A stretch of DNA of 64,000 nt from NCBI GenBank assembly GCA_020632155.1, contig JACKGE010000001.1:314285-378284 (forward strand), given 5' to 3'. The DNA is from Candidatus Nomurabacteria bacterium (lineage in GTDB: Bacteria > Patescibacteriota > Minisyncoccia > Phycocordibacterales > UBA918). Below are positions 1 to 8,857 of the stretch, one piece after another; the stretch's first letter is position 1; each line of letters opens with the position of its first letter. The notes beneath the pieces were generated by a model. That model saw only the letters and a program-made list of their open reading frames with translations, did not search any database and was not told where the DNA came from. A program made the position numbers and the translations under genes.

Positions 1-426
1 CGTACCAAAGCAAATATCAAAGTGCGTCAGCCATTGCCCAAGCTCAGTATCAATATCGAACTGGAACCACAGTACGCCGAAATTGTTGCCGATGAGATCA
101 ATGTCAAGGAAGTGGTAAGTAACACACATCAATCAGAGCGGGCAGTTCTTGATACTGAAGTGACGCCAGAACTCAAAGCTGAAGGTGACGCTCGCGAACT
201 CATCCGTGCTATCCAAGATATGCGTAAGCAAGCCAACCTGCAGCCGTCTGATCGTATCGCTCTTACCATTCAGACCTCTGATGGTGGGGAAGCAATTGTG
301 CGTGGTTTTGAAGCGGAGATACAAAAGACTGTCGGAGCAGATAGTATTACCTTTGGTGATGCTGATGGTTCTGAGGTGCAGGCCAGTGAGCACTCGTTCA
401 CTATTGAGTTAACAAAAACGGCCTAA
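1..426 (+). CDS. ileS: Isoleucyl-tRNA synthetase, C-terminal fragment (5' end outside window)
   Basis: Frame open from the window edge. The C-terminal region (...NVKEV...AVLDTEVTPELKAEGDARELIRAIQDMRKQANLQPSDRI...) matches the conserved IleRS C-terminal anticodon-binding tail. Confidence 0.55.
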   Translation, partial: RTKANIKVRQPLPKLSINIELEPQYAEIVADEINVKEVVSNTHQSERAVLDTEVTPELKAEGDARELIRAIQDMRKQANLQPSDRIALTIQTSDGGEAIVRGFEAEIQKTVGADSITFGDADGSEVQASEHSFTIELTKTA

Positions 427-432
427 GGTAAG

Positions 433-1002
433 ATGGCGTACGCGACCTACACTACTGAAGCGCTTGTCTGCGGCAGTCGCGACAATAACACGTCTGATCG
501 TGCCTTCCTCCTCTTTACTAAAGAGGCGGGTATGCTCTGGGCCTCAGCACGCAGTGTTCGTGAAGAGCGATCCAAGCAACGCTTTGCCCTACAAGACTTC
601 TCACTCATACGAGTGTCACTGGTACGCGGCAAGAGCGGCTGGCGAATCGGTAGCGCTGAGTGTCTAGATAACTTCTATACACTTGCGCCTGATAGAGAGA
701 CACGTGGTGCGGTTACGCGGGTACTTCGTCTTGTGCGACAATTTGTACACGGTGAGGAACCACAACCACGCTTGTTTGCTGAAGTACAAGAAGTGCTACC
801 GCGCATCGCGGGCGGCGCGGTGGCCGCTAGTTTGGCTGCCGACGTCGCAACACTACGCATGCTCTATGTACTGGGGTATGTACAAAAAACCCCTTCACTG
901 ACAGCGTACCTTGAATCAGCGTGGCCTACGTGCCTAAAACCTCTTACCGAGGAGGCGGAAAAAGCCATCGAACAAGCTTTTTCGGTCAGTCACCTTGGTT
1001 AA
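433..1002 (+). CDS. recO: DNA repair protein RecO (short form)
   Basis: N-terminal OB-fold pattern (...ASARSVREERSKQRFALQDFSLIRVSL...SAE...) typical of RecO, 189 aa. No SD. Confidence 0.55.
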   Translation: MAYATYTTEALVCGSRDNNTSDRAFLLFTKEAGMLWASARSVREERSKQRFALQDFSLIRVSLVRGKSGWRIGSAECLDNFYTLAPDRETRGAVTRVLRLVRQFVHGEEPQPRLFAEVQEVLPRIAGGAVAASLAADVATLRMLYVLGYVQKTPSLTAYLESAWPTCLKPLTEEAEKAIEQAFSVSHLG

Positions 1003-1058
1003 TACCCGTACACGCTATGAAATAGACCCTGTGTTGGTCACGGGGTATACTGTTATTC

Positions 1059-3083
1059 ATGAGAGGGGAGAAAGATCCAGAACGAATTGAGGCGCTTCGC
1101 GAGCGCCTATATTCGCGTTCCGTACCGCCGCGCAAGCGCAAAGAAGAACCACTCACTGACGAACCGGTGCCGGTAAATAAGGAGTGGAAAACGCCGCCAA
1201 ACAGTGATATCAGACAACGTCACCCTGAACCAGAAAAGGCTGAGACAGTGCCCGATATAGTACCGAGAGAAGAAACCCCTGCACCTACAGCTACAGTAGC
1301 TCATTCAACGCCATCAACCTCAGATCAAGCTCTCTCATCTATGACTTCACGTAAAAAACGGCAATCATATCGAGTTAAGGTGCTGCTGGCAGCGGTGTTC
1401 TTTTTTGTGGTAGCAGTTGGTCTCTCCAGCCTCTTTATTCTCTTTGGTGGCAATGCTATTTCCGGCGAGAACATAACACTTAGCCTCAATGGCCCCTTTA
1501 CCATCGGTGGTGGTGAGATCATCCCACTGCAAGTAGGTATCACCAATCAGAATAGCGTAGCTATCGAGGGCGCCACCCTTATCATTGATTACCCGAAGGG
1601 TACGATGTCTGCTACTGAGACTGGCAAAGAGCTTTTTGTTGAGCGTATGTCACTCGAATCAATTGGGTCAGGTGAGACGGTTAATATTCCGGTACGGGCA
1701 CAGGTCTTTGGCGAGGAAAACGAGGAGCTGACCGTTAAAGCGTCTATTGAGTACCGCGTGCGCGGCTCCAATGCTACCTTCTATAAAGAAGCTGAACCAC
1801 TACGCTTTAAAGTCAGCTCCTCACCGATCGTGGTAACCATCGATTCAGTGAAAGAGATATCTTCCGGCCAAGAGTTTGAAATGAAGTTAAACGTACGCTC
1901 TAATTCACCGACCACACTTTCAGACATTTTGGTTAAGGCCGAGTATCCAAACGGGTTTGATTTCACCAGTTCTTCGCCACAGCCGTCTTCAGGCCGTAAC
2001 GCGTGGCTTATTGAAGAGCTTGAACCAGAGGAGAGTAGTACCATCACTATCCGTGGATTGGTAGTTGGCAAAGATAGCGATCAACGTGTCATTAATTTTT
2101 CTATTGGTGTGCCAAACGAGCGCGATCGCTCTACATTGGCTTCTATTTTTGCTATCTCATCGGCTGAGTTCACTATCGAGCAACCGTTCATTGATGTGGC
2201 GCTTGATGTAGATGGCGATACGGGTAGTGCGGTGGCTATCGAACCGGGGAAGCGTTCGCAAGTTAGTATCAACGTTGAAAACACCTTGAGTGATGCTGTC
2301 TACGATGTGCAGGTAACAGCCAAACTCTCCGGAAACGCGCTTTCTGGAGCGGAGATACTTGCCTCAAACGGATACTACAACTCTAATGCTCAGACCATCA
2401 CGTGGGATGTTTCCAATATTCGTAATCTAGAACAGCTTGATCCGGGGGGTGAACAAAGGTTCTCGTTCTCTATTACTCCGAGCAGTAATGTACCAGCGAC
2501 GCCGCAGGTAGTGGTTGATGTAACGGTAAATGCTCGGCGCGTCTCTGAGAGCAATGCCTCAGAAGCGCTCATTGGTGCGGTCACTTCCGCTATCAGGGTA
2601 GAAAGTTCACCATCGCTCGTTTCAGCCACCACCTTCAACACCGGTTCGTTCTCTGATGTGGGCCCGATTCCGCCTGAGGTAGGACGTACAACCTCGTACA
2701 CCATTGCACTCCGACTTACCAACGGCACCAATGATATTACCGGCGGTGTTATGACCGCTGAGCTCCCATCGTATGTCACATGGCTCGATAATACTGCCGG
2801 CCGCGGCACCTTTAGCTTTAACGAAAGCACACGTACGCTGACGTGGGAAACAGGCTCTATGCAGGGAGGGGAGTCTATGTCTGGCAGCTTCCAAGTTTCA
2901 ATCTTGCCAAGCACGTCGCAAATTGGTACAACACCAACGCTGGTCGGTGAACAGCGCTTTAAGGCCGACGACCGCTTTACCGGCAGTCTCATTCGCACCA
3001 CCAGTGCCGGTATTACTACCAAGATGTCGGAAGAATTCGGCTTCGATAAAGGTAATGGTCTTGTTAAAGCATCAGGAAACTAA
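1059..3083 (+). CDS. Large membrane-anchored surface protein. Basic/Pro-rich cytoplasmic N-terminus, one TM, then a beta-rich extracellular region of repeated Ig-like/DUF11-like segments
   Basis: 674-aa ORF with a hydrophobic segment LLAAVFFFVVAVGLSSLFILFGG. Remainder is T/S/V/N-rich and repetitive. Confidence 0.5.
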   Translation: MRGEKDPERIEALRERLYSRSVPPRKRKEEPLTDEPVPVNKEWKTPPNSDIRQRHPEPEKAETVPDIVPREETPAPTATVAHSTPSTSDQALSSMTSRKKRQSYRVKVLLAAVFFFVVAVGLSSLFILFGGNAISGENITLSLNGPFTIGGGEIIPLQVGITNQNSVAIEGATLIIDYPKGTMSATETGKELFVERMSLESIGSGETVNIPVRAQVFGEENEELTVKASIEYRVRGSNATFYKEAEPLRFKVSSSPIVVTIDSVKEISSGQEFEMKLNVRSNSPTTLSDILVKAEYPNGFDFTSSSPQPSSGRNAWLIEELEPEESSTITIRGLVVGKDSDQRVINFSIGVPNERDRSTLASIFAISSAEFTIEQPFIDVALDVDGDTGSAVAIEPGKRSQVSINVENTLSDAVYDVQVTAKLSGNALSGAEILASNGYYNSNAQTITWDVSNIRNLEQLDPGGEQRFSFSITPSSNVPATPQVVVDVTVNARRVSESNASEALIGAVTSAIRVESSPSLVSATTFNTGSFSDVGPIPPEVGRTTSYTIALRLTNGTNDITGGVMTAELPSYVTWLDNTAGRGTFSFNESTRTLTWETGSMQGGESMSGSFQVSILPSTSQIGTTPTLVGEQRFKADDRFTGSLIRTTSAGITTKMSEEFGFDKGNGLVKASGN

Positions 3084-3183
3084 AAAAGAACATGTCAGAA
3101 CAGGAAAACAAAATGGATCCCGTTAGAGTCCGCGGTCACGGAAAGAATATTGATATAAAGTAGTACAAATTTACAAAACGAAT

Positions 3184-4602
3184 ATGGCAGAGAAAAAAGT
3201 TGAACAAGAATCGCGACCTGACTCTAACGGGATGGAGAAGATCGTTTCGCTGTGTAAGCGCCGCGGTTTTGTCTTTCAGGGCAGCGAGATATATGGTGGA
3301 CTTGCTGGCATCTATGACTATGGACCAAACGGTGTTGAGCTTCTAAATAATCTTAAAAGATTATGGTGGAAAGCCAATGTCTACGATAAAGAAAATTACT
3401 ATGGTCTTGATTCAGGCATGTTCAAGCACCCAAAAGTTTGGGAAGCATCCGGACATACTTCAGGTTTTTCTGACCCATTGGCTGAATGTCGTGAATGTAA
3501 CACTCGCATCCGCGTTGATAAAGAGCTTGAGAAGGTTGGTGTAACAGCCGACGAAAAAATGTCTGAAACAGAGATTAATCAACTGTTTGATGCGCATCGT
3601 GAAGAGATAAAGTGTCCAAAGTGCGGACAGAAGAATTTTACTCCAGCGAGGGCTTTCAATTTACTCGTCAAATCAAACTTAGGAGACTTCACTTCAGAGG
3701 GCACGGAACCGGTTTATCTCCCTGGTGAAGCGTGTCAGGGCATTTATCTCAACTTCAAAAATGTTGTTGACTCCATGAACCCAAAAATTCCATTTGGCAT
3801 TGCACAGATAGGAAAGGCATTTCGTAATGAGATCTCACCTCGCAACTTTCTGTTTCGTACACGAGAGATGGAGCAGGCTGACACACAATATTTTGTGAAA
3901 CCAAATGAAAATAAAGAAGCCTACGAACTGATAAAACAAGACCGTTGGGATTGGTACCTTTCGATTGGTATTAAAGAAGAAAATTTGCGTTGGAAACAAC
4001 ATGAAAACTTGGTCTTTTATGCTAAGGACGCGTGGGATATTGAGTACAATTTCCCTGGAGGCTTTGATGAACTGGAAGGAATTCATGACCGCAGTGACTA
4101 CGATTTAACTCAGCATATGGAGTACTCGGGAACTGATGTCCGATACACTGACCCTGACAACGGTGAAAAATATATACCATGGATACTGGAGACATCGGTT
4201 GGACTTGGACGCATGTTCATGGCGGTTCTTTCAGATGCATATCACGAAGATGAGGTGGGTGGTAGTCAAAGAACAGTACTTAAGTTACATAAGGAGCTTG
4301 CACCATATCGTGTGGCAGTCTCACCACTCTTAAAGAACAAGCCGCAGCTAGTGGAAAAAGCGCGTGAGGTATTTGCCATGCTCAAAAAAGAGTTTGGCAA
4401 TGTGGCGTGGGATGATAATGGCAATGTCGGTAAGCGCTATCGCCGGCAAGATGAAATTGGCACCCCGCACTGCGTTACTATTGACTTTGATACTCTTGGC
4501 GAAGAAAATCCCGCTAACAAAGACACTGTCACCGTCCGCGATCGCGACACCGGTGAACAGGTTCGTGTCCCCGTAACCGATTTGATTGGTTACATACAAT
4601 AA
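3184..4602 (+). CDS. glyQS: Glycyl-tRNA synthetase, class II dimeric type
   Basis: N-terminus CKRRGFVFQGSEIYGGLAGIYDYGPNGVELLNNLKRLWW and full-length class II motifs. Confidence 0.9.
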   Translation: MAEKKVEQESRPDSNGMEKIVSLCKRRGFVFQGSEIYGGLAGIYDYGPNGVELLNNLKRLWWKANVYDKENYYGLDSGMFKHPKVWEASGHTSGFSDPLAECRECNTRIRVDKELEKVGVTADEKMSETEINQLFDAHREEIKCPKCGQKNFTPARAFNLLVKSNLGDFTSEGTEPVYLPGEACQGIYLNFKNVVDSMNPKIPFGIAQIGKAFRNEISPRNFLFRTREMEQADTQYFVKPNENKEAYELIKQDRWDWYLSIGIKEENLRWKQHENLVFYAKDAWDIEYNFPGGFDELEGIHDRSDYDLTQHMEYSGTDVRYTDPDNGEKYIPWILETSVGLGRMFMAVLSDAYHEDEVGGSQRTVLKLHKELAPYRVAVSPLLKNKPQLVEKAREVFAMLKKEFGNVAWDDNGNVGKRYRRQDEIGTPHCVTIDFDTLGEENPANKDTVTVRDRDTGEQVRVPVTDLIGYIQ

Positions 4603-4633
4603 AAACAACCCCCGCATCAATTTACGGAGGTTG

Positions 4634-5047
4634 CTAGGTCAGAAGGACCAGAAAGTAACCAAAGGCTAGAGGTATGCCAAAAGGAAGTCCTCGGCGTTGG
4701 TCTTTTTGGTAATACAGTACGGCGGCGGTTACTAATGTTGCTACCACACATCCGTTGATGAATAAAGCCATCTGTCCGCTGACAGGCCCTATTCCAAAAA
4801 GTAGGACTGCGGTAAGCTTCCCGTCACCGGCTCCCCACACTTGGAGATTGAAGAGCACTAGCCCCATCAATAACGTACTCAACCCAAGGGTAAGTGATCC
4901 CAAAAAATCAGGGTCACCCTCAAAGACCTTCTGTGCGCTAATGATGATAAGGAGCAGTAGGATGTTTTTATTGCTTATAATCCTACTCCTCCAATCAGAA
5001 ATTGCGACCCAGCAGAGGAGGGCCGCAGCAATCGAATCAAAGAACAT
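4634..5047 (-). CDS. Type IV prepilin peptidase, A24 family, CpaA/TadV-like (short)
   Basis: Polytopic membrane protein with a ...WGAGDGKL... aspartate motif resembling the CpaA/TadV GxGDxKL motif. Strong SD (GAGGAGGG) 7 nt upstream. Immediately downstream of an Flp pilin gene. Confidence 0.55.
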   Translation of the reverse strand: MFFDSIAAALLCWVAISDWRSRIISNKNILLLLIIISAQKVFEGDPDFLGSLTLGLSTLLMGLVLFNLQVWGAGDGKLTAVLLFGIGPVSGQMALFINGCVVATLVTAAVLYYQKDQRRGLPFGIPLAFGYFLVLLT

Positions 5048-5072
5048 CTGCTGACCCTCCTCGTGGCTTCGC

Positions 5073-5201
5073 TTACTGGCCGCTTGGCCCGAATGCGCTC
5101 ACAGCGCCGATGATCGCAACGGCAATAATCGCGGCAATGAGACCGTATTCGATGGCAGTTGCGCCAGATTCGCTTTTGATGAAGCGATTAATAAGTTTCA
5201 T
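5073..5201 (-). CDS. flp: Flp/Fap-family type IVb pilin, 42 aa (not in ORF track because under 60 aa)
   Basis: Reverse-strand translation MKLINRFIKSESGATAIEYGLIAAIIAVAIIGAVSAFGPSGQ* contains the canonical Flp motif G/ATAIEYGLIAA (prepilin cleavage after Gly). AAGGAG SD 9 nt upstream. Sits 25 nt upstream of the peptidase. Confidence 0.6.
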   Translation of the reverse strand: MKLINRFIKSESGATAIEYGLIAAIIAVAIIGAVSAFGPSGQ

Positions 5202-5328
5202 TCGTCGACTCCTTCTTCTGCTCGGCTCCGAATGGCCGAGAGTAATCTGATAAAAACATTGTTTAAATAAAGAGTCAAGTAAGTGACAAAATGTTTTTCT
5301 TGGTCAGCTGTGCTACATTAGAACCACT

Positions 5329-6771
5329 ATGTCTGAGCCAAAACCGCGTTATATAACCACCACCTTGCCCTATGTAAATGCTGACCCGCACGTTGGTTTT
5401 GCTCTGGAGGCAGTGCAAGCTGATGCCCTCGCACGTTACTGGCGGCTTATGGGCCACGAAGTCTTTTTCAACACTGGTACTGACGAGCATGGCCAGAAAA
5501 TTGCCCAGAAGGCTGACGAAGCAGGGAGGGATAGGCAAGAGTATGTAGATCACTATGCTGGGCAGTTTAATAAGCTCAAAGAAGCCCTCAACCTCTCTTA
5601 CGATCATTTTATTCGCACTACTGATGACGCCCACAAAGCAGCAGCGCAGGCTATCTGGCAGAAGTGTGCCGAGAACGGCGACATCTACAAAAAGAAATAC
5701 AAAGGCCTCTACTGTGTTGGCTGCGAGTTGTTTGTCCGCGAGAGCGACCTTGTTGATGGCAAGTGTCCGCACCACCCTAACCAAGAGCTGCAAGAGATCG
5801 AGGAAGAAAATTACTTCTTTGCACTTTCTAAGTACCAGTCGTACCTAGAGGAGTATCTCAGTGGCGATAGCGTTACGCCGGACTGGCAGCGAGCGTGGGC
5901 GCTAGAGTTTGTGAAAAAGGGTCTTGAGGACTTTAGTATCTCGCGCGAACGTGCTCGCCTCGATTGGGGTGTGCCGGTACCAAATGACGAGGATCAGGTC
6001 ATGTATGTGTGGTTTGATGCCCTTACTAACTACATCTCAACCCTCGGTTGGCCGGAGGATAGCGAGGGAACGTTTAAGAAGTTTTGGACTGACGGAGAGA
6101 CACTGCAGCTAGCCGGCAAAGACCAAGTACGTTTCCAGTCCATCATGTGGCAAGCAATGCTGAAAAGTGCCGGTGTGAAAGCCACTGACAAGGTCTTTTA
6201 CCATGGCTTTATCACGAGCGGTGGCCAGAAGATGAGCAAGAGCGTTGGTAACGTCATTTCACCGTACGAACTCGTGGAGCGTTATGGTACCGATGCGGCG
6301 CGGTACATTCTCCTGCGGCACGTGCATCCAACTGACGACTCGGACCTCACATGGGAAAAAATGGATGAGTGGTACACCGCCAACTTGGTTAATGGCCTTG
6401 GCAACCTCACCGCTCGTATCATGAAAATGGCTGAGACACACCTTGATAGTCCGATTGAAAAACCAGAGGTTGGTCAGTTCGATGAAGCGTATCTAAAAGC
6501 TCTTGATGAGTACGATTTCATGACTGCGTGTGATTTTGTCTGGAAGAAAGTAGGAGAGCTTGATGAGAAGATAACTGAGACCGAGCCATTCAAGTTGGTA
6601 AAAACTGATAAAGAAGCTGCGGTGAAAATAATCAAAGAGTTGGTTCACGATCTTTATATCGTTGGTCGCATGCTATTTCCACTGATGCCCAAGGCTAACG
6701 TAGCGATTAAAGAAGCCGTCCTCGCCAACAAAAAACCAGACAACCTCTTTAACCGTTTAGAAGATAAGTAG
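5329..6771 (+). CDS. metG: Methionyl-tRNA synthetase
   Basis: TTTLPYVNADPHVGFALEAVQADALARYWRLMGHEVFFNTGTDEHGQKI (HIGH-type motif) ...KMSKSVGN (KMSKS motif). Confidence 0.9.
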   Translation: MSEPKPRYITTTLPYVNADPHVGFALEAVQADALARYWRLMGHEVFFNTGTDEHGQKIAQKADEAGRDRQEYVDHYAGQFNKLKEALNLSYDHFIRTTDDAHKAAAQAIWQKCAENGDIYKKKYKGLYCVGCELFVRESDLVDGKCPHHPNQELQEIEEENYFFALSKYQSYLEEYLSGDSVTPDWQRAWALEFVKKGLEDFSISRERARLDWGVPVPNDEDQVMYVWFDALTNYISTLGWPEDSEGTFKKFWTDGETLQLAGKDQVRFQSIMWQAMLKSAGVKATDKVFYHGFITSGGQKMSKSVGNVISPYELVERYGTDAARYILLRHVHPTDDSDLTWEKMDEWYTANLVNGLGNLTARIMKMAETHLDSPIEKPEVGQFDEAYLKALDEYDFMTACDFVWKKVGELDEKITETEPFKLVKTDKEAAVKIIKELVHDLYIVGRMLFPLMPKANVAIKEAVLANKKPDNLFNRLEDK

Positions 6772-6798
6772 TTTATGTATCATATATGATACATAAAC
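6771..6798. repeat. 28-bp perfect palindrome GTTTATGTATCATATATGATACATAAAC (family B)
   Basis: Direct reading. Sits between the metG stop and the next gene. Core TATGTATCATATATGATACATA recurs at 48211-48234. Confidence 0.8.
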
Positions 6799-6809
6799 AG
6801 GATAAGTGT

Positions 6810-7379
6810 ATGAAAAACGCAATTATTGTTCATGGTATGCCAGGAAAAGAGGAATATTACTCACCTGAGTTTCCGTCAGCGAGTAATTTCCATTGGATAC
6901 CGTGGCTACAGAAACAATTGATAATTAAAGATATCAAAACTGATACACCAGAAATGCCGTATGCATATAGTCCTGACTACCCAATTTGGAAGACAGAATT
7001 TGAGCGTTTTGGTATCACTCCCGAAACGATACTAGTAGGACACAGTTGTGGAGGAGGGTTTATTGTCCGCTGGCTCTCTGAGAATAAAAACACACAGGTC
7101 GGAAAGGTAGTGCTCGTAGCTCCATGGATAGACCCAGAAGGTAAACTTGATACAGGTTTCTTTAACTTCAACATTGATCCGAATGTAGCTTCCAGAACCA
7201 GAGAACTCGTCATTTTTAATAGTAACGATGATGCACATGATATTCAAAAAAGTGTCAGTAAACTGAAATCAGTAATTAAAAATGTGAAGTACATTGAGTT
7301 TGATAAATACGGTCATTTTTGTCAGTCTGATTTAGGCACAGACGCCTTCCCTGAACTTCTCGAAGAAATTTTGAAATAA
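6810..7379 (+). CDS. Alpha/beta-hydrolase, RBBP9/YdeN-like serine hydrolase
   Basis: MKNAIIVHG...GHSCGG (GxSxG nucleophile elbow) ...D...H. Start moved to the ATG at 6810; the track start at 6786 lies inside the palindrome. Confidence 0.55.
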   Translation: MKNAIIVHGMPGKEEYYSPEFPSASNFHWIPWLQKQLIIKDIKTDTPEMPYAYSPDYPIWKTEFERFGITPETILVGHSCGGGFIVRWLSENKNTQVGKVVLVAPWIDPEGKLDTGFFNFNIDPNVASRTRELVIFNSNDDAHDIQKSVSKLKSVIKNVKYIEFDKYGHFCQSDLGTDAFPELLEEILK

Positions 7380-7382
7380 AGT

Positions 7383-8018
7383 ATGAATATTCTGGTTTTT
7401 GGCGATAGTATCACTCAAGGTTTCTATGACGTAGAGTGTGGCGGTTGGGTAAGTAGATTATCTACGTACGCTCAAGATAAAACCGTCCAGAATAATTGGG
7501 AAGGAGTAAATGGATATATTTTCAATCTGGGTATTTCGGGTGAGAGAACCACTGGCCTACGTAGTCGTTTTCTTGCAGAAGTACAAGCTCGGTACAAGAA
7601 CAATGAAGACACAACCGTTGTTGTAGCAATTGGCATAAATGATTCAATTCGTAATGAATTAACAAAGGAAAACTGGTGTCCATTCCTAGATTTTTCTCAA
7701 AACTATGACTGGCTTATTACTGAAGCCAAAAAATATGGTCAAGTTATAACCCTAGGCCTTACCCCGATTGACGAAAATATACTTCAGCCGATTCCTTGGT
7801 TCTCAGAATATTCCCATTACGAGACTGATCGTAGCAAATACGATACTGAGATCAAACGACTTTCAACGAATCATGGTGTTGTACATATTTCAATGAACGA
7901 TATTTTTAGTGACAAGTCCGGCCCGTTTCTTGTAGATGGGTTACATCCAAATAGTAATGGGCATCAATTAATTTTTCAGAGGATTAAAAGTGTTTTAGAA
8001 GAAATGAATATATTGTAA
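7383..8018 (+). CDS. SGNH/GDSL-family hydrolase
   Basis: N-terminal ILVFGDSITQG (GDS block), later GINDS and DGLHPN blocks. Confidence 0.7.
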   Translation: MNILVFGDSITQGFYDVECGGWVSRLSTYAQDKTVQNNWEGVNGYIFNLGISGERTTGLRSRFLAEVQARYKNNEDTTVVVAIGINDSIRNELTKENWCPFLDFSQNYDWLITEAKKYGQVITLGLTPIDENILQPIPWFSEYSHYETDRSKYDTEIKRLSTNHGVVHISMNDIFSDKSGPFLVDGLHPNSNGHQLIFQRIKSVLEEMNIL

Positions 8019-8020
8019 TT

Positions 8021-8266
8021 ATGCAAAGTGTTGAACAAATTCTAGAACGGAATGCTCGTGTAGAGGCCGACAAAGCATGGGAAACCAGTGGCACCCGCCG
8101 CGCTTGTATTGCGGCAGTCACGTATGGTATTGCTACACTTTTTATGTGGCGGATTGGCATCAGTGACCCATGGTTAAACGCTCTTGTCCCAACCGGTGGC
8201 TACGTACTCTCAACTCTCTCACTCCCGCTCATCAAACGTTGGTGGCTTAAGAAATACTATAAATAA
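8021..8266 (+). CDS. Small membrane protein, hypothetical
   Basis: 81-aa ORF with two hydrophobic segments. Immediately follows 7383-8018. Confidence 0.35.
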   Translation: MQSVEQILERNARVEADKAWETSGTRRACIAAVTYGIATLFMWRIGISDPWLNALVPTGGYVLSTLSLPLIKRWWLKKYYK

Positions 8267-8300
8267 ATCAGGATACAAGAACTGCTCCAATTAAAGACAA

Positions 8301-8356
8301 CACAGCGCCCTCTTTATATAGTACGGTTAACCGTACTATATAAAGAGGGCGCTGTG
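8301..8356. terminator. 56-bp perfect palindrome between convergent genes. Likely a bidirectional terminator hairpin whose core is family-A palindrome TATAGTACGGTTAACCGTACTATA
   Basis: CACAGCGCCCTCTTTATATAGTACGGTT|AACCGTACTATATAAAGAGGGCGCTGTG is self-complementary end to end. Lies between the stop of 8021-8266 (+) and the stop of 8372-8782 (-). Confidence 0.6.
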
Positions 8357-8371
8357 TTAAAAATGTTCTTG

Positions 8372-8782
8372 CTATTCAACTCGTTGTAATACAGACTTCC
8401 AGCGACCCCGTCCACGCGGAGGCATTCCTGCTTGTAATATTATTTCTAAAACTTCCCAAAACTTTCGATAGTCAGACTTGTTTTGTTTTAATATCGTTTC
8501 GATGTGTTTGTACCGACCACATTCATAATCTAAACGTATCTTCTCAGCGGTTGACGGACTGAGTTGTAGTAATTGCCATACGCGATAAGAGGAATTACCT
8601 TCAATGAACATTGTTATCGCAGCCAATCTTTTGATCAGCATTATTTTTTCTTCAGGCCCAAGCAAATCGTCAAAAAAATGCACTGCTGAGTTAACATTTA
8701 AGTCAGCCACCACTTTTCCAAATTGTTGGTATAGCTTATCAAATTCAGTCGCAGGGAGCTTTCTCTTCGAGACATTGGTCAT
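8372..8782 (-). CDS. TrpR/YerC/YecD-like helix-turn-helix DNA-binding protein
   Basis: ...EEKIMLIKRLAAITMFIEGNSSYRVWQLLQLSPSTAEKIR... resembles the TrpR-like (YerC) HTH. Flanked by family-A palindromes: 5 nt upstream of the start, and inside the downstream terminator. Confidence 0.5.
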   Translation of the reverse strand: MTNVSKRKLPATEFDKLYQQFGKVVADLNVNSAVHFFDDLLGPEEKIMLIKRLAAITMFIEGNSSYRVWQLLQLSPSTAEKIRLDYECGRYKHIETILKQNKSDYRKFWEVLEIILQAGMPPRGRGRWKSVLQRVE

Positions 8783-8786
8783 AAAT

Positions 8787-8812
8787 TTATAGTACGGTTA
8801 ACCGTACTATAA
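8787..8812. promoter_or_regulatory. 26-bp perfect palindrome TTATAGTACGGTTAACCGTACTATAA; candidate operator 5 nt upstream of the TrpR-like gene start
   Basis: Direct reading. Same core as 8301-8356 and 55391-55412. Confidence 0.5.
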
Positions 8813-8857
8813 CGCAATAGGGGTCCTGTGGTACTGTTACTAATAATTTAAATTTAT

